Source of the DNA: an uncultured Planctomycetaceae bacterium | GTDB taxonomy: Bacteria > Planctomycetota > Planctomycetia > Isosphaerales > Isosphaeraceae | Assembly: GCA_963833985.1 (NCBI GenBank) | Contig: CAWIAD010000002.1 | Location: 352,001-416,000, forward strand | Length of the DNA: 64,000 bases | Direction: 5' to 3' | Shown: one piece after another, positions 1-10,065 of the stretch | Numbering within the stretch: position 1 is the stretch's first letter | How the letters are laid out: every line of letters starts with the position of its first letter | The notes under the pieces: generated by a model | The model's input: only the letters and a program-made list of their open reading frames with translations | The model's database searches: none | What the model was told of the DNA's origin: nothing | Program-made: the position numbers and the translations under genes

Positions 1-1
1 A

Positions 2-307
2 GCTGCCCGCCTTCTCCATGGCCAGCAGATCGCGCGACTGCTCCACCACACATATCAGCCCCTGGTCACGCCGCGGATCGCGGCAAATGGCACACACGGG
101 CTGTTCGGCTTCCGTGAGATGGAAGCAGACCTCGCAATGGCGGATCTGCTGCCGGGCCGCGCTCACTGCTTCGGCGAGTTCGAGTGCTTCCTCGGGCGGA
201 CACCTCAGGAGGTGATGCGCGAGGCGTTCGGCCGACTTGGCCCCGATACCGGGCAGCCGGCCGAGCGCCGTGGTGAGCCTGTCCACTGCCGCGGCCACGC
301 CCTGCAT
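2..307 (-). CDS. recR: Recombination mediator RecR (N-terminal part; runs off the window edge)
   Basis: Hand translation from ATG at 307: MQGVAAAVDRLTTALGRLPGIGAKSAERLAHHLL...CEVCFHLTEAEQPVCAICRDPRRDQGLICVVEQSRDL. Shows the HhH motif LPGIGxKSA, a C4 zinc finger and the start of the Toprim domain. Typical dnaX-ybaB-recR order. Confidence 0.95.
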   Translation of the reverse strand, partial: MQGVAAAVDRLTTALGRLPGIGAKSAERLAHHLLRCPPEEALELAEAVSAARQQIRHCEVCFHLTEAEQPVCAICRDPRRDQGLICVVEQSRDLLAMEKAGS

Positions 308-309
308 GG

Positions 310-668
310 TCAGGCTCCTCCGGCGGGCGCCCGGAATCGGCGCCCCCCAGCGGAAAGCCCAGGGGCAAGCCGCCTGCCAGCGATGCCAGCGACTGTGCCG
401 CGGTGTCGTGCGCCTTCGTGAGGCCGGCATTGACAGCCGCGGTGACCAGGTCCTCCAGCAGCTCCGTGTCGCCATCAGCCACCAGCTTGGGGTCGATGCG
501 GATCGACACGACTTCCAGCCGTCCGTTGATCTTGGCCGTGACGGAACCACCGCCCGCCGAGCCTTCCACCTGGAGCTGCCCGAGCGCCTCGGTCGCCTTG
601 GCGACGGACTCGCGCAGCTTGCCCGCGTTCTTCATCAGTTCGGCGATGTTTCCCAGTTGATTGAACAC
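310..668 (-). CDS. ybaB: YbaB/EbfC nucleoid-associated protein (apparent 1-nt frameshift near the 3' end)
   Basis: GTG start, then VFNQLGNIAELMK...VEGSAGGGSVTAKINGRLEVVSIRIDPKL...ELLEDLVTAAVNAGL. The expected TGA at 310-312, just before recR, is out of frame by one base. Confidence 0.9.
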
Positions 669-783
669 CTGAAGCCTTCTTCCGTTGCAGTGGGGCAAGG
701 GGACGCCGATCGTTCACGGTCGGCGCATCCGGTCAATCGCAGGGGCGCTCGACCGGCGGTTGCCGCGGGAGGGCATGGCCCGT

Positions 784-2847
784 TCATGCCTGGTCCACAT
801 CCTCCTCGTATTCGAGGTGGACGGGCCGCGCCTCGAACAGTTCCACGACTTTCTGGACCATTGAGTCGCTTGCCAGGATGTCCGGCCCCTGGGGTTGAGA
901 TACGGCCAGTCCCGGCGCTGCTTGCACCGGCTCCAGGCGATGGTAACGCACGGAAACCGGCCGGCGGAGCAGCCATTGAAGACTCTTCGCGATGCGTTCC
1001 CGAGCCGCTTCAGTACCACAAGAATCCGCCAGGGAATTGTATCCCGGCTTGGCGGCAATGACCAGCACGTCCGGATCCTCGACGCCGATCGCCTCGGCTT
1101 GCGCCAGCCGCACGCTGAGCGGTGATCCCACCTTCTTGACGAGGTCGGGCCATAACTGGCGAACAGCCGCAAGCTCTAGCGGAGGGACCTGCGCCGCCGT
1201 GACAGGCCCGTCTGGCACTCTGGCGGCCACCCGCTCCGCGGTCCCGACCGGGGCCTCCAGGGCGACGTTGAGCGAGCGGGCCGAAGCATCCGCACGGGAC
1301 TCAGGAGGGTCGGACTCCGGCCTGTGTGGCACGCCAGGGGCCGGTTCTCTGGACTCGGATTCCGTCGACTGCACCGCTGTGGCTGGTAGCGAGGCGTGTG
1401 AGGGCGTAGCGGAATGAGCGGGCGGGATCAAAGGTGCGAGACGACCGGGCTCGAGCGACGTCACCTCGTCCGGGAGGCGAGGTTCAGGGGCTATTAGCTT
1501 TTTTTTTATGCCCTCTGCCTCAATCTTGTGCGAAACCGGTGGGCTAGATTCCAGTGCGGCAAGTCGCTTGATCATTTCGCTCAGGTCCGAGAAGTTCTCC
1601 AGCCGCGCAACTCGCACGAGTGCCACTTCCGCAAGCAACCTGGCGTGGGCAACGCCGCGCATCCGGGACCGGGCCTCGGCCAGGATCTGAAGTGAGGCCA
1701 GGATGGCGTCAATGGACCAGCCATCGACGATCTTCTGGAGCCGGGGCTTCTGACGCGGAGTGACTGCCAGCAGAACGGGCTCGGCTCCCACTTTGAGCAC
1801 CATGGCGTCGCGGAGGAAGTCGAGCGTGCCGGCGAGCAGATCCGCCGGCTGCACGCCCGCGCCGGCGGCCTGGTCAAGCAGCGTCAGGACGGCCGCGGGG
1901 TCGCGGTCGGCCATGCGTTCCAGAAGCGCGAGCAGGCGCTCGTCGCTGGGTGTGCCCAGAAGCGCGTGCACCACCTCGACGGTCAGTTCCGGACTGCCCG
2001 AGGCCAGAAGCTGCTCCAGCAGCGACTGGGCGTCGCGCATCGAGCCCCCGGCGCGGCGTGCCACCACCTGCAACGCGTCCGGCTCCGCGGCGACCATCTC
2101 CCTGGCACAGATCTCCTTCAGGCTGGCTACGATCGCCTCGGGGGTGATCCCCGCGAAATCATACCGCTGGCACCGCGACAGCACGGTGATCGGAATGCGG
2201 TTCGCCTCGGTCGTCGCGAAGAAGAACTTGACGTGCGCGGGCGGCTCCTCCAGCGTCTTCAGTAGCGCATTGAAGGCCCCCGTGGAGAGCATATGCACTT
2301 CGTCGATGTAATAGATCTTGAACCGGCCGCGGCTGGGCCGCAGTGCCGCGTTCTGGCGCAGCTCACGCACCTGCTCCACGCCGTTGTTGCTGGCCCCGTC
2401 AATCTCGATCACATCCACATCCTGGCCCGCGGCGATCGCCTGGCAGATATCGCACACCTGGCAAGGAGTCTCGGTCGGACCCTGAATGCAATTGAGACAC
2501 TTGGCGAAGATCCGGGCCATCGACGTCTTGCCGACGCCCCGGGTGCCGCAAAACAGATAGGCCTGAGCGAGCCGGCTCAGTCGGATCGCGTTGCGCAGGG
2601 CCTGCACGACGTGATCCTGCCCCACCACGTCTTCGAATCGCTGAGGGCGATAGCGCCGCGCCACGACCGTGTAGGCAAGTGAGGACGTGGACGTGGATGG
2701 ATCCGGGGCCGCGGTGGGCGCCGCAGCCGCAACCGGCGCGGGAGTCGCCGCGGTCTGGGATGGCAAGGCGACGGCCGGATCAGAAACCGGCGGCGGATTG
2801 GCGGATGCAGCGCTCGACCGCTTTTTCGACCCGGATCCTGGAGCCAA
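784..2847 (-). CDS. dnaX: DNA polymerase III subunit tau/gamma
   Basis: YTVVARRYRPQRFEDVVGQ, Walker A GTRGVGKTS, zinc module, EIDGASNNGVE, IDEVHMLS, SRCQ. Start is uncertain (TTG ~2847; the ORF is open to 2898). Confidence 0.97.
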   Translation of the reverse strand: MAPGSGSKKRSSAASANPPPVSDPAVALPSQTAATPAPVAAAAPTAAPDPSTSTSSLAYTVVARRYRPQRFEDVVGQDHVVQALRNAIRLSRLAQAYLFCGTRGVGKTSMARIFAKCLNCIQGPTETPCQVCDICQAIAAGQDVDVIEIDGASNNGVEQVRELRQNAALRPSRGRFKIYYIDEVHMLSTGAFNALLKTLEEPPAHVKFFFATTEANRIPITVLSRCQRYDFAGITPEAIVASLKEICAREMVAAEPDALQVVARRAGGSMRDAQSLLEQLLASGSPELTVEVVHALLGTPSDERLLALLERMADRDPAAVLTLLDQAAGAGVQPADLLAGTLDFLRDAMVLKVGAEPVLLAVTPRQKPRLQKIVDGWSIDAILASLQILAEARSRMRGVAHARLLAEVALVRVARLENFSDLSEMIKRLAALESSPPVSHKIEAEGIKKKLIAPEPRLPDEVTSLEPGRLAPLIPPAHSATPSHASLPATAVQSTESESREPAPGVPHRPESDPPESRADASARSLNVALEAPVGTAERVAARVPDGPVTAAQVPPLELAAVRQLWPDLVKKVGSPLSVRLAQAEAIGVEDPDVLVIAAKPGYNSLADSCGTEAARERIAKSLQWLLRRPVSVRYHRLEPVQAAPGLAVSQPQGPDILASDSMVQKVVELFEARPVHLEYEEDVDQA

Positions 2848-2971
2848 GACAAACGCACTCCGCGTATGGTCGGTTCCTGCTGTGGCCCGGAGTTGCAAGC
2901 TACGAAGCTCGAAACGCGAGCCAGACGCCCGGGGAACCCGGTAGCGGGCCGGCTGAGGCGGGGGCCGGGGA

Positions 2972-3076
2972 GAGCCGGGGAGGTTCTCCTGGGCACATGT
3001 GGGTGTTGCTTATGGCTGCTGCGTTCCCGCCCTGACCAGGTTCACAAACCCCCATTGCCCGGGTCCCCCCCGGCTC
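2972..3076 (-). ncRNA. ffs: Signal recognition particle RNA (small bacterial 4.5S type)
   Basis: Minus strand reads ...GTTTGTGAACCTGGTCAGGGCGGGAACGCAGCAGCCATAAGC..., containing the conserved SRP domain IV (UCAGG..GGAA..CAGCA). It is closed by a GAGCCGGGG/CCCCGGCTC stem and lies upstream of dnaX, the usual position. Confidence 0.9.
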
Positions 3077-3448
3077 ACCGCGACCCCCTGAAGCCGAGCG
3101 CCGCGAAACCGTGATTCTCCAGCGCTCCACCCCGCGATGCAAGGGCAACTCAAAAAGCCAGGAGCCCCACACGACACAACACGTCGAACGCCAGCACCGA
3201 GGTTATGCCGCATGCCTGCCCAGCGGCCACCGCCGAACTTTGGCAGGACGACTCATGTGGGCACTGCTCAACGGAGTCGGCCTCGAAGAGGTGTCTTCGC
3301 AACAAGCCCACGGGTCACGAAGGACCATGTTATATGCTGGATTGATGGTCCCGGCCGAACAACCGCGCCGGCCAGCCAGATCTGGCACAACCCGCCTGCC
3401 CCGAGATTCACCCCCAGGCCTGCCCCAGGCAAGAACGTGGAGGAAGGG

Positions 3449-3586
3449 ATGACCTCGATTCTCGACATGATGAGCAGTTTCAACCTGATCGACTACAAGT
3501 TCTGGACCGAGATCGCGGCCCTCGTTTTCGTCGTGACCGTCGGCCGCGACGCGTTCATGCAGCAATGGCTGAGCGGCAGCCGCTAG
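3449..3586 (+). CDS. Small (45 aa) single-TM hypothetical protein
   Basis: GGAGGAAGGG RBS before ATG; MTSILDMMSSFNLIDYKFWTEIAALVFVVTVGRDAFMQQWLSGSR; codon usage matches host GC3. Confidence 0.6.
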   Translation: MTSILDMMSSFNLIDYKFWTEIAALVFVVTVGRDAFMQQWLSGSR

Positions 3587-3729
3587 GCGGCTTCCCGGAA
3601 CCGGGAAGCTGTGCTGGCCGCCACTCCGGGAAATCGAACATCGTCTCCCGCCGCCGGCCCGATCCCTGGGAGAGACCGAGTTCCACCGATGGGCCGGGCA
3701 TGCGGCGACGAGTCGTTGCCGATCGTGTT

Positions 3730-5220
3730 TCATTGCCCTTTCGCAATCTTGCCGCTCAACAGGGTGAGGACGTCGTCCGAACCCCGGCCGGGATGCCGTT
3801 CTCCCTCATGAGCGCCTCGGTCGCGTCGAGCATCGCCTTGCGGCGGAACACCAGGGTCTCCGAATAATCCTCGGCAAACCGGAAGGTGAGGTACTCGTCC
3901 TGGCAAGCACCCACCAGCTCCACCAGGTGCGCCAGGTTTTTCACCTTCGTTCCGTTCACCTCGCTGAGCACCTGTCCGAACGGGTCGGCATAGCCCTTGG
4001 TCATCCGGGTGCGGAGCAGGGGCGCCGTGACGACGACCAGCTCTTCACCCGGAAACCGCGCCCGGTCGGAACGCCGGGTCGAAAGCGGGCTGTTGCGGCC
4101 TGCCAGGAACGGGTTGTATTCAAAGTAGTAAGTGACGGCCTCATAGACGACGGGAGAGAAGACCAGCGGCCCGCACACGAAGTACGAGGGGTACTTGCCC
4201 TGATACCCGTGCAGCAGCCTGTCCGGCTGACGGCTGACCGGCAAGGCCAGTTCCATCGGCTTGCCCGCGCAGCACCGTCACCGGCACCGTCCCGTTGCTG
4301 GCGAGCCTCGGCACCTGCGACATGAACGATAGCCGCAGGTTGTCCTGAGCCTGGACCATGCCCTCGTTGTCGATCTCGACCTTGCCGATCCGCGTGAGGA
4401 TGTCGAATTCCTTGAGCGGATAGGACGCATCGCGGCTGCTGGGCTCGCGAACCAGCAGCCCGCGCACGGTCCTGGCCAGGCCGAGCTTGCTCCGCAGCGC
4501 CTCGTTTTCCAGGGTCTGGAACTGCTCGAAAATATAAGGCTTGCCATCGTAGCGGCCATCGGCGACGTCGGTCAGAAACCCCTCGATCTCCGGGATGGGG
4601 ATGATGTAGCCGATGTTCTCCGCGCGTCCGGAAACCAGGCCGATCATCTTGCCGTCCACGATGGCCGGCCCGCCGCTGTTGCCGGGGTCGATGGCGGCGT
4701 CGACCTGGATGCGCAGCCCTTCGGCCCCGGTGGAGTACGCCTCGTACTCGATGCGTGCCACCGTTCCCTGCGTGGTCCGGAGCTGCGTGCCGCCCTGGGG
4801 ATAGCCCTGGACCTGCACCCGGGTGGTGATCTCCGGCAGCTTGCCCGCACGGGGGATCGGCGGCCGCTGGGCGAAGAACGTCTCGTCTTCCAGGCTGAGG
4901 ATCGCCAGGTCGATCGCCGGCCCGATGGACACCACCTTGGCCTCGACGCGGTCTCCCCCCTGGCCGCCCTGGACAAAGATCTCATCGGCATACATCACAA
5001 GATGGGCGTTGGTGAGGATGCGGTTTGGTGCGATCACCACCGCGCTGCCCATCAGCTCGACGGGGTTCTGCTTGACCCAGGGCCGCATCGGGTTCGGGAA
5101 ACGTACCTGGCTGAAGAGCTTGACCACGGAATCGGCCGTGCCTGCTACGCAGACGTCCTGGTTTCCGACGAGCGCTGCCAGCAGACCGATGGACACGACG
5201 AGCCTGACGCGTAGGTTCAC
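3730..5220 (-). CDS. HtrA/DegP-like serine protease with PDZ domains (Deg2-like), frameshifted near 4270 and probably near 3790
   Basis: Signal peptide; triad motifs LTNAH, DLA, IDPGNSGGP. ORF 3756..4256 carries the C-terminal PDZ-like region (PSYFVCGPLVFSP...EVNGTKVKNLAHL). Confidence 0.85.
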
Positions 5221-5358
5221 GGAGGTTGCTCCTTGTGACCCGAGTTCTGATTTGACGGAGTGCGGAATTGCCCTCTGATCCTTACGCGACTTGCCGTCAT
5301 ACCTTTCATCGGGCCGGATCGATTCTCGCGCGGCATGGCGTGCCGAGGGTGATCGTGC

Positions 5359-5520
5359 TTACCCCTCCGGCTCCAGGTATTGCGGGACCTCATCCTCGCG
5401 GTACGGCTTGCCGCTTTCGTACAGCGCCAGTCGCGTTTCGTAACCCAGGCGGCGCTGAAGGTCGTCCATGAGGTCGATGGCCGTGCGGAACCCAAAGGGG
5501 ACGGAACCCAAACGGAACAT
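5359..5520 (-). pseudogene. Possible remnant of a TPR-protein C-terminus (53 aa)
   Basis: Hand translation: MFRLGSVPFGFRTAIDLMDDLQRRLGYETRLALYESGKPYREDEVPQYLEPEG. RLxLYxxGKPYRE resembles a C-terminal motif of planctomycete TPR proteins (from recall). Confidence 0.35.
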
Positions 5521-6048
5521 TACTTTTCATCGGAGATTAGCTCTCCGGCATCGCGAGCGAATTCAGCGTTTTCTCTCGGAGTGGGAGAGAAAGCTGCTAA
5601 TTCGCAGGGGAGACGGGGCATGAGCGGGGTGTAAAAGCGTGCTCAGCGGGCATCGAGAGGTGCTCCCGCAACCGATGCAGCAGCGAGAAACGCCTGGTGG
5701 CGAGGTGGGGCCGCCCGAGCGACCGGGGTGGTAGGCACCGAGCTGTGATTGTGCGGTTTTTCGTGGAAACTACTGGATAAACGGCGGCGAGAAATAGTGA
5801 CGACTCTTGGCCACTATGCCTCCCTGGCTCTGCTGCCTGGGACGGAAAGCTTATGCATCCGGCTGGAAGCCCGCGACCCGGCGCAAGGCCGTTTCTATGA
5901 CTACCGAGTCATCGGGAACGCTGAGGGCCACGCATACTCTGTCGTCTGCTCGCCCCGCAGGGACGGATCACTGGCGACGCGTCCCGACATCCCGGATCTT
6001 AAGGTAGCCTCAGTCAATCAACTGACAGACTCTGCGAGAAGACCTTGA

Positions 6049-6648
6049 TTAATTACTCCACTTCGTAGGCGTTTCTCCCGCGTACCCCAGTGGGTCGAGA
6101 AACCCCACATACGTCACCTGATCATTCGCATTGATCGTGAATTGCTCCGAGTAATCGGTGTCCACCGATGTTACAGCGCCATACGTGGCGGTGGACAGAT
6201 ACGGAGAAACTAGAACAGTTACGAGATAGCTGCCACCCGCCTCTGCCTGGACGTTGGTCAGGACACCACTCCAGCCATTGATGACTGAACCGGGCGGGCT
6301 GTTAACAGCCGAGTAGTAATCGAGGCGATCTTGCGGAACCGTCGTATAACTACTCAATACCAAAGCCATCTCCTCGTAGAGGTTTTGTTGGTTCTGGTTG
6401 AGATTAAGCGTCCAGAGAATCGTCACAGGCCAGGATGCAGCTTGGGTGGCGGGCTGCAATCCGCCGGCAACGGGCGCCGTGCTGGCGCCGGGCAAACCTT
6501 TCGTCACAGGACCCGAGCCGAGCGTGGACGATTTGGTCCTGGCTCCCTGCTTCGTCTTGTCTCCCTGCTGCGCGTGCACCACGGCGAGCATAGCGCCGAC
6601 GACACACACGGCTCCCAACGGAACGATCATGGCACGCTTGCTCTTCAT
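6049..6648 (-). CDS. Secreted hypothetical protein (199 aa)
   Basis: N-terminal signal peptide ending AVVHA-Q; beta-rich mature region; lower GC than the flanking housekeeping genes. Confidence 0.75.
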   Translation of the reverse strand: MKSKRAMIVPLGAVCVVGAMLAVVHAQQGDKTKQGARTKSSTLGSGPVTKGLPGASTAPVAGGLQPATQAASWPVTILWTLNLNQNQQNLYEEMALVLSSYTTVPQDRLDYYSAVNSPPGSVINGWSGVLTNVQAEAGGSYLVTVLVSPYLSTATYGAVTSVDTDYSEQFTINANDQVTYVGFLDPLGYAGETPTKWSN

Positions 6649-6663
6649 CGCGGTTTCCCCTGT

Positions 6664-7527
6664 TTATTCGCCAATGGTCCAGGTAACTGTGTTCTGATTT
6701 GTCTTCACGGCGTGATACTTGAACGCCGGCGAAAGGGAGTATGTTTGCACAACCCCACAGGCATCCGGGATTTGCAAGTAGAGCTGCTCGGTTGCCGAGA
6801 GCACTGTCGTGCCGTTTGCTATGGAATTCCAGTGCTGCTGAACGTTCGCGCCACCTCCGACGCTAAAGGACTTAACATCAATGATCGAGTTGCCGGAGCA
6901 ATACAGAAAGCTTGGATCGCCGCTGACTGGTGGACCGTCCGGCGTCGGACCGGTGGGGCCGGTCCTGTTGGTGAGAGTCTCTTTGGGAGTGCCGCCTGCC
7001 ACATTGACCCTTTGTCCTGTACACGTCACGACAAATGGAACTTTGCCCTGTGTAACCATCCCTCCCTGGCACTGTGTCGTAAACGTCGCGGGAGTTCCGT
7101 TCGCGTTGGTTGGCAGTATGATCCCGTCCGGGGGCAGAACCTTGACAGTCGTACTCGCGGTCATGACGCTCGTCGTTACCGTGGGTGGATTGGTCTTATA
7201 GTTAAATACGGAAACTGTCGCCTGACCTTGGACAGTGAAGGTGCCAGGGATGTTCTCGTAATAGGAGACCGTGCCGGATGAACCACTGGCGGCAGTCCAT
7301 GCAGACCAAGCGCTGTTGCAACTCCCCGTTTGTTGCCATCGGAACTGGACGTTACTCAGTTGAGCCTGCCCTGTTCCGGTGTATTTCAGCGAATAGGATT
7401 CAATGTTGAAATAGATGATCGGGGAGGTTGGCCCGACCACGGAGAGTTGAGCATGTGCAACGCCTCCGGGTATCACCAGCGCGAGCAAGAACCCGGGAAC
7501 GAGGCGCGAAATCCACCACTTGAGCAT
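6664..7527 (-). CDS. Secreted Thr/Gly-rich beta-sandwich-like hypothetical protein (287 aa)
   Basis: GAGG RBS; signal peptide ending VAHA-Q; Thr/Ser/Gly rich with several Cys; 15-bp gap to the downstream gene suggests an operon. Confidence 0.75.
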   Translation of the reverse strand: MLKWWISRLVPGFLLALVIPGGVAHAQLSVVGPTSPIIYFNIESYSLKYTGTGQAQLSNVQFRWQQTGSCNSAWSAWTAASGSSGTVSYYENIPGTFTVQGQATVSVFNYKTNPPTVTTSVMTASTTVKVLPPDGIILPTNANGTPATFTTQCQGGMVTQGKVPFVVTCTGQRVNVAGGTPKETLTNRTGPTGPTPDGPPVSGDPSFLYCSGNSIIDVKSFSVGGGANVQQHWNSIANGTTVLSATEQLYLQIPDACGVVQTYSLSPAFKYHAVKTNQNTVTWTIGE

Positions 7528-8080
7528 GCGAGCACCTCATAGGAGGAGAGGAATGAAGAAGACTCGCCGGAAAGACTTGCTTGAAGAGCGGTCTGGTGAC
7601 CGGCATAGAAGCCAGAGGTTTCGTGCCGCATCTTGGATAGGTTAACTCGTAGAAGGCCCGTGTCGGTTTGCCACGCAGCTCTGTACGGTCACACCTCTTA
7701 CGCCCCGCGTCTTCTGACCCTTATTCTGGACCAGCGCCACAGACATCTTCTTAATTTGGTATCGAGCCGAACTGCCTCTGTCAAGGGAGTGGTCCTTTTT
7801 TTTCCATATTTACATAGGTTGTTATGCAACTTAGATAATATAAAACGTTGATATGATTGGCGCAAGACAGAGTTCACAAAGACAACGGACTGCACGTCAG
7901 CTTCTGGTTTTGGATTCGCGCATTCAGCGCGGAGGTCGCTGGGGCTCTGGCGTGGCGCGAGCGTCCCCGCACCCGAGGCTCGGCGCGCCTTTCACTTCAT
8001 TTGCCATGCACGGGCAGGAATCTCGGGAGGTGCCGCGCGTTGCCCGTCGCTACCGGACCCGCGATCCGTCAGATTCTGGA

Positions 8081-8210
8081 TGGCCCCAATGCTACAATGC
8101 TCCCCCAAATGCTCCCAATGCTCCATGGCCACCAATGCTGCCAATGCTGGCCGACGGTCAGTATGTGGGTGGCCCCAATGCTACCAATGCTCAATGCCAA
8201 TGCTCAATGC
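8081..8210. repeat. Cluster of 11 AATGC / CAATGCT direct repeats in two blocks
   Basis: Counted directly. Both blocks begin TGGCCCCAATGCTA (8081 and 8170). Confidence 0.85.
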
Positions 8211-8298
8211 GGCACGCGGCTAGAATCGGGGGCTAACTGCGTACTTGTTCGTCTCCTCGTCCAGTTCGTCTCACCAGACCCCTCGACGCGATGTCAAA

Positions 8299-9096
8299 CT
8301 AGCTCTCGTCGGAACCGAAGCCCAGTTCGCGCAGCCTTGCCGCGAGCAAATCCGCCCGTTGCCTCGCCTCTTCGGCACGTTGGTGTGCCTCTGCGGCTTG
8401 CTGGTGTGCCTGCTCTGCCCGTTGCCGTTCCTCGTCCGCCCGGCGATCGGCCGCCTCGGCGCGTTCGGCGCCGGTCGGAATGACGTTGCCTTGCTGATCG
8501 CACCACCGCAGCCATATGTTCTGGGCGTTCTCGAAGGGACCCTGCCAGAGTGTCAGGCCCAGGTTCAGGACCGGCAGCCACTCCGCCGCGCAGGGCACAT
8601 AGCTCTTGTCCCGCAGCACGAAGACACTTAAAGGTTCCTCCTGCACGATCCGGGACGGGTCGTAGATCGCGTAGTAGAGGATGCCAACCTGGGCGTACTT
8701 GAGCATCTTGTCTGTCGTTTCGCCCCCCTCGTTGTTGGAGACGATCTCGATGACGGCCTCGGGCGCCTTGCCAAACTCCCAGAGAAAGTACGAGCGGTTT
8801 TTCTTGAGTCTCAGATCCGCGGCTGCTTCGACGTCAAGGCTGAGCAGTGCATCGGGAACCAGTGGGGGCTGGCGGACGGCGTAAAAGAGGCCGACATTGG
8901 CCAGGGCCAGGAAGTGCCGGCCCGGTTTCCAGGAACTGTAGAGCGGCTCGGTCAGCAGGCGCTGCTGCTTCTCGGAGTAAATATTGTCCACAGGGGTGTC
9001 GTCCTCTGTGACCAGCTCGTCGACACAGGGAATCAGCTCCGGCGGCAACTCCGCCGCGACGGGTTGAGCAGTACCGGGCGCATTCACAGCAGCCAT
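8299..9096 (-). CDS. Uma2 family (DUF820) endonuclease with C-terminal coiled coil
   Basis: TEDDTPVDN, VPD..L, WEFGKAPEAVIEIVS, YY.IYDP, WLRWCD, followed by ERAE-type repeats ending LRELG. Confidence 0.92.
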   Translation of the reverse strand: MAAVNAPGTAQPVAAELPPELIPCVDELVTEDDTPVDNIYSEKQQRLLTEPLYSSWKPGRHFLALANVGLFYAVRQPPLVPDALLSLDVEAAADLRLKKNRSYFLWEFGKAPEAVIEIVSNNEGGETTDKMLKYAQVGILYYAIYDPSRIVQEEPLSVFVLRDKSYVPCAAEWLPVLNLGLTLWQGPFENAQNIWLRWCDQQGNVIPTGAERAEAADRRADEERQRAEQAHQQAAEAHQRAEEARQRADLLAARLRELGFGSDES

Positions 9097-9515
9097 CAGT
9101 GAACTCCGGTTCGATCGACGCGACCAACCTCAGTGCAGCCTTCCAGCGCGACCGGTGCGTCACGGTTCACCGGTGTCAGGCCGGTAGCCTGGTCGGTACC
9201 GCCATTGTAACACGGCCTCGGCCTCACGAGCCCAGCAAACGGTGAGGCTCCGGACCGGCCGGGCGAGCTCATGCAGGTCGCTCGGGAATCCGCGGAAAGC
9301 CGCAGGATCGCCGGTGTTTCCGCCGTAGACTGAATAGGACGGTGCAGTGCGGAGGCTCCTTGACAATGCGGCGGATGGTAGGGACCAGCGCACGGCCCGG
9401 CGACGCGCTGGCTCCACTCTTTTGCAGACCAGATGGCCCGGTCCGCCGGACGGTTTGAATGCAAAACTCAGGGACCGAAGCGTATCGTCCCACAATGGCC
9501 ATGGCGCGCCGACCG

Positions 9516-9544
9516 TAGAGTGGGTCAGCGTAGCGCAACCCACC
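9516..9544 (+). repeat. GTAG-type REP-like palindrome
   Basis: GTAGAGTGGGTCAGCGTAGCGCAACCCACC: GTAG head followed by a GTGGGT/ACCCAC stem. Confidence 0.5.
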
Positions 9545-10020
9545 GGCTGGCAGGGCCTTGCGTGCGCCGAACCGCCGAACCGCACACGCCGTCCTGGGAG
9601 GATGCCGAACAAAGCCATTGAAAAAACGAAAAAACGATATATAACTCGCACGCACGATAGGAGTAGCGTCCGATGGCTTCGGTCGTATGGACCCGAGAAC
9701 GAACCCATTTTTCCCCTGCCTGAGAGGAGACGCGCGACACGGCTAGGTGGGCCAGAGGGAAGGGCGCGAACGCCGGGGCCAGCCGCGCCGGGCGAACCTG
9801 GGGCATGAAGCCGGGAAGGCGTGCTTCTCACTCAGAGAACCTGGAACGAACCCAACCGCAAATGGAACTGCAAGTCCATGACAAGCAAGGATTAATGGCC
9901 AGAAAGTACAATCGGGTGGGACCGAAATCGAAGCCAATTCGCCAGCGGTCCGAGGACGTGCGACTGACGGTCCCGATGGAGATCATCAAAGGGAAGACAG
10001 GGACGAAGACGCCGTGGCAG

Positions 10021-10065
10021 AGAACCCAGGGGACAAGAACCCAGGGGACAAGAACCCAGGGGACA
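10021..10065. repeat. 15-bp tandem repeat x3
   Basis: AGAACCCAGGGGACA repeated three times exactly. Confidence 0.95.

Noticed and set aside
66..698. 210-aa extended YbaB
   Set aside because: The extension overlaps recR out of frame and is best explained by a one-base error near the true stop at 310-312.
5557..5750. Structured ncRNA or riboswitch
   Set aside because: An imperfect hairpin is visible (5557-5605), but I cannot match it to any known family without a covariance search.
8081..8210. CRISPR array
   Set aside because: Repeat units are 5-14 bp with irregular short spacing; no 25-45-bp repeat/spacer structure and no cas genes in the window.
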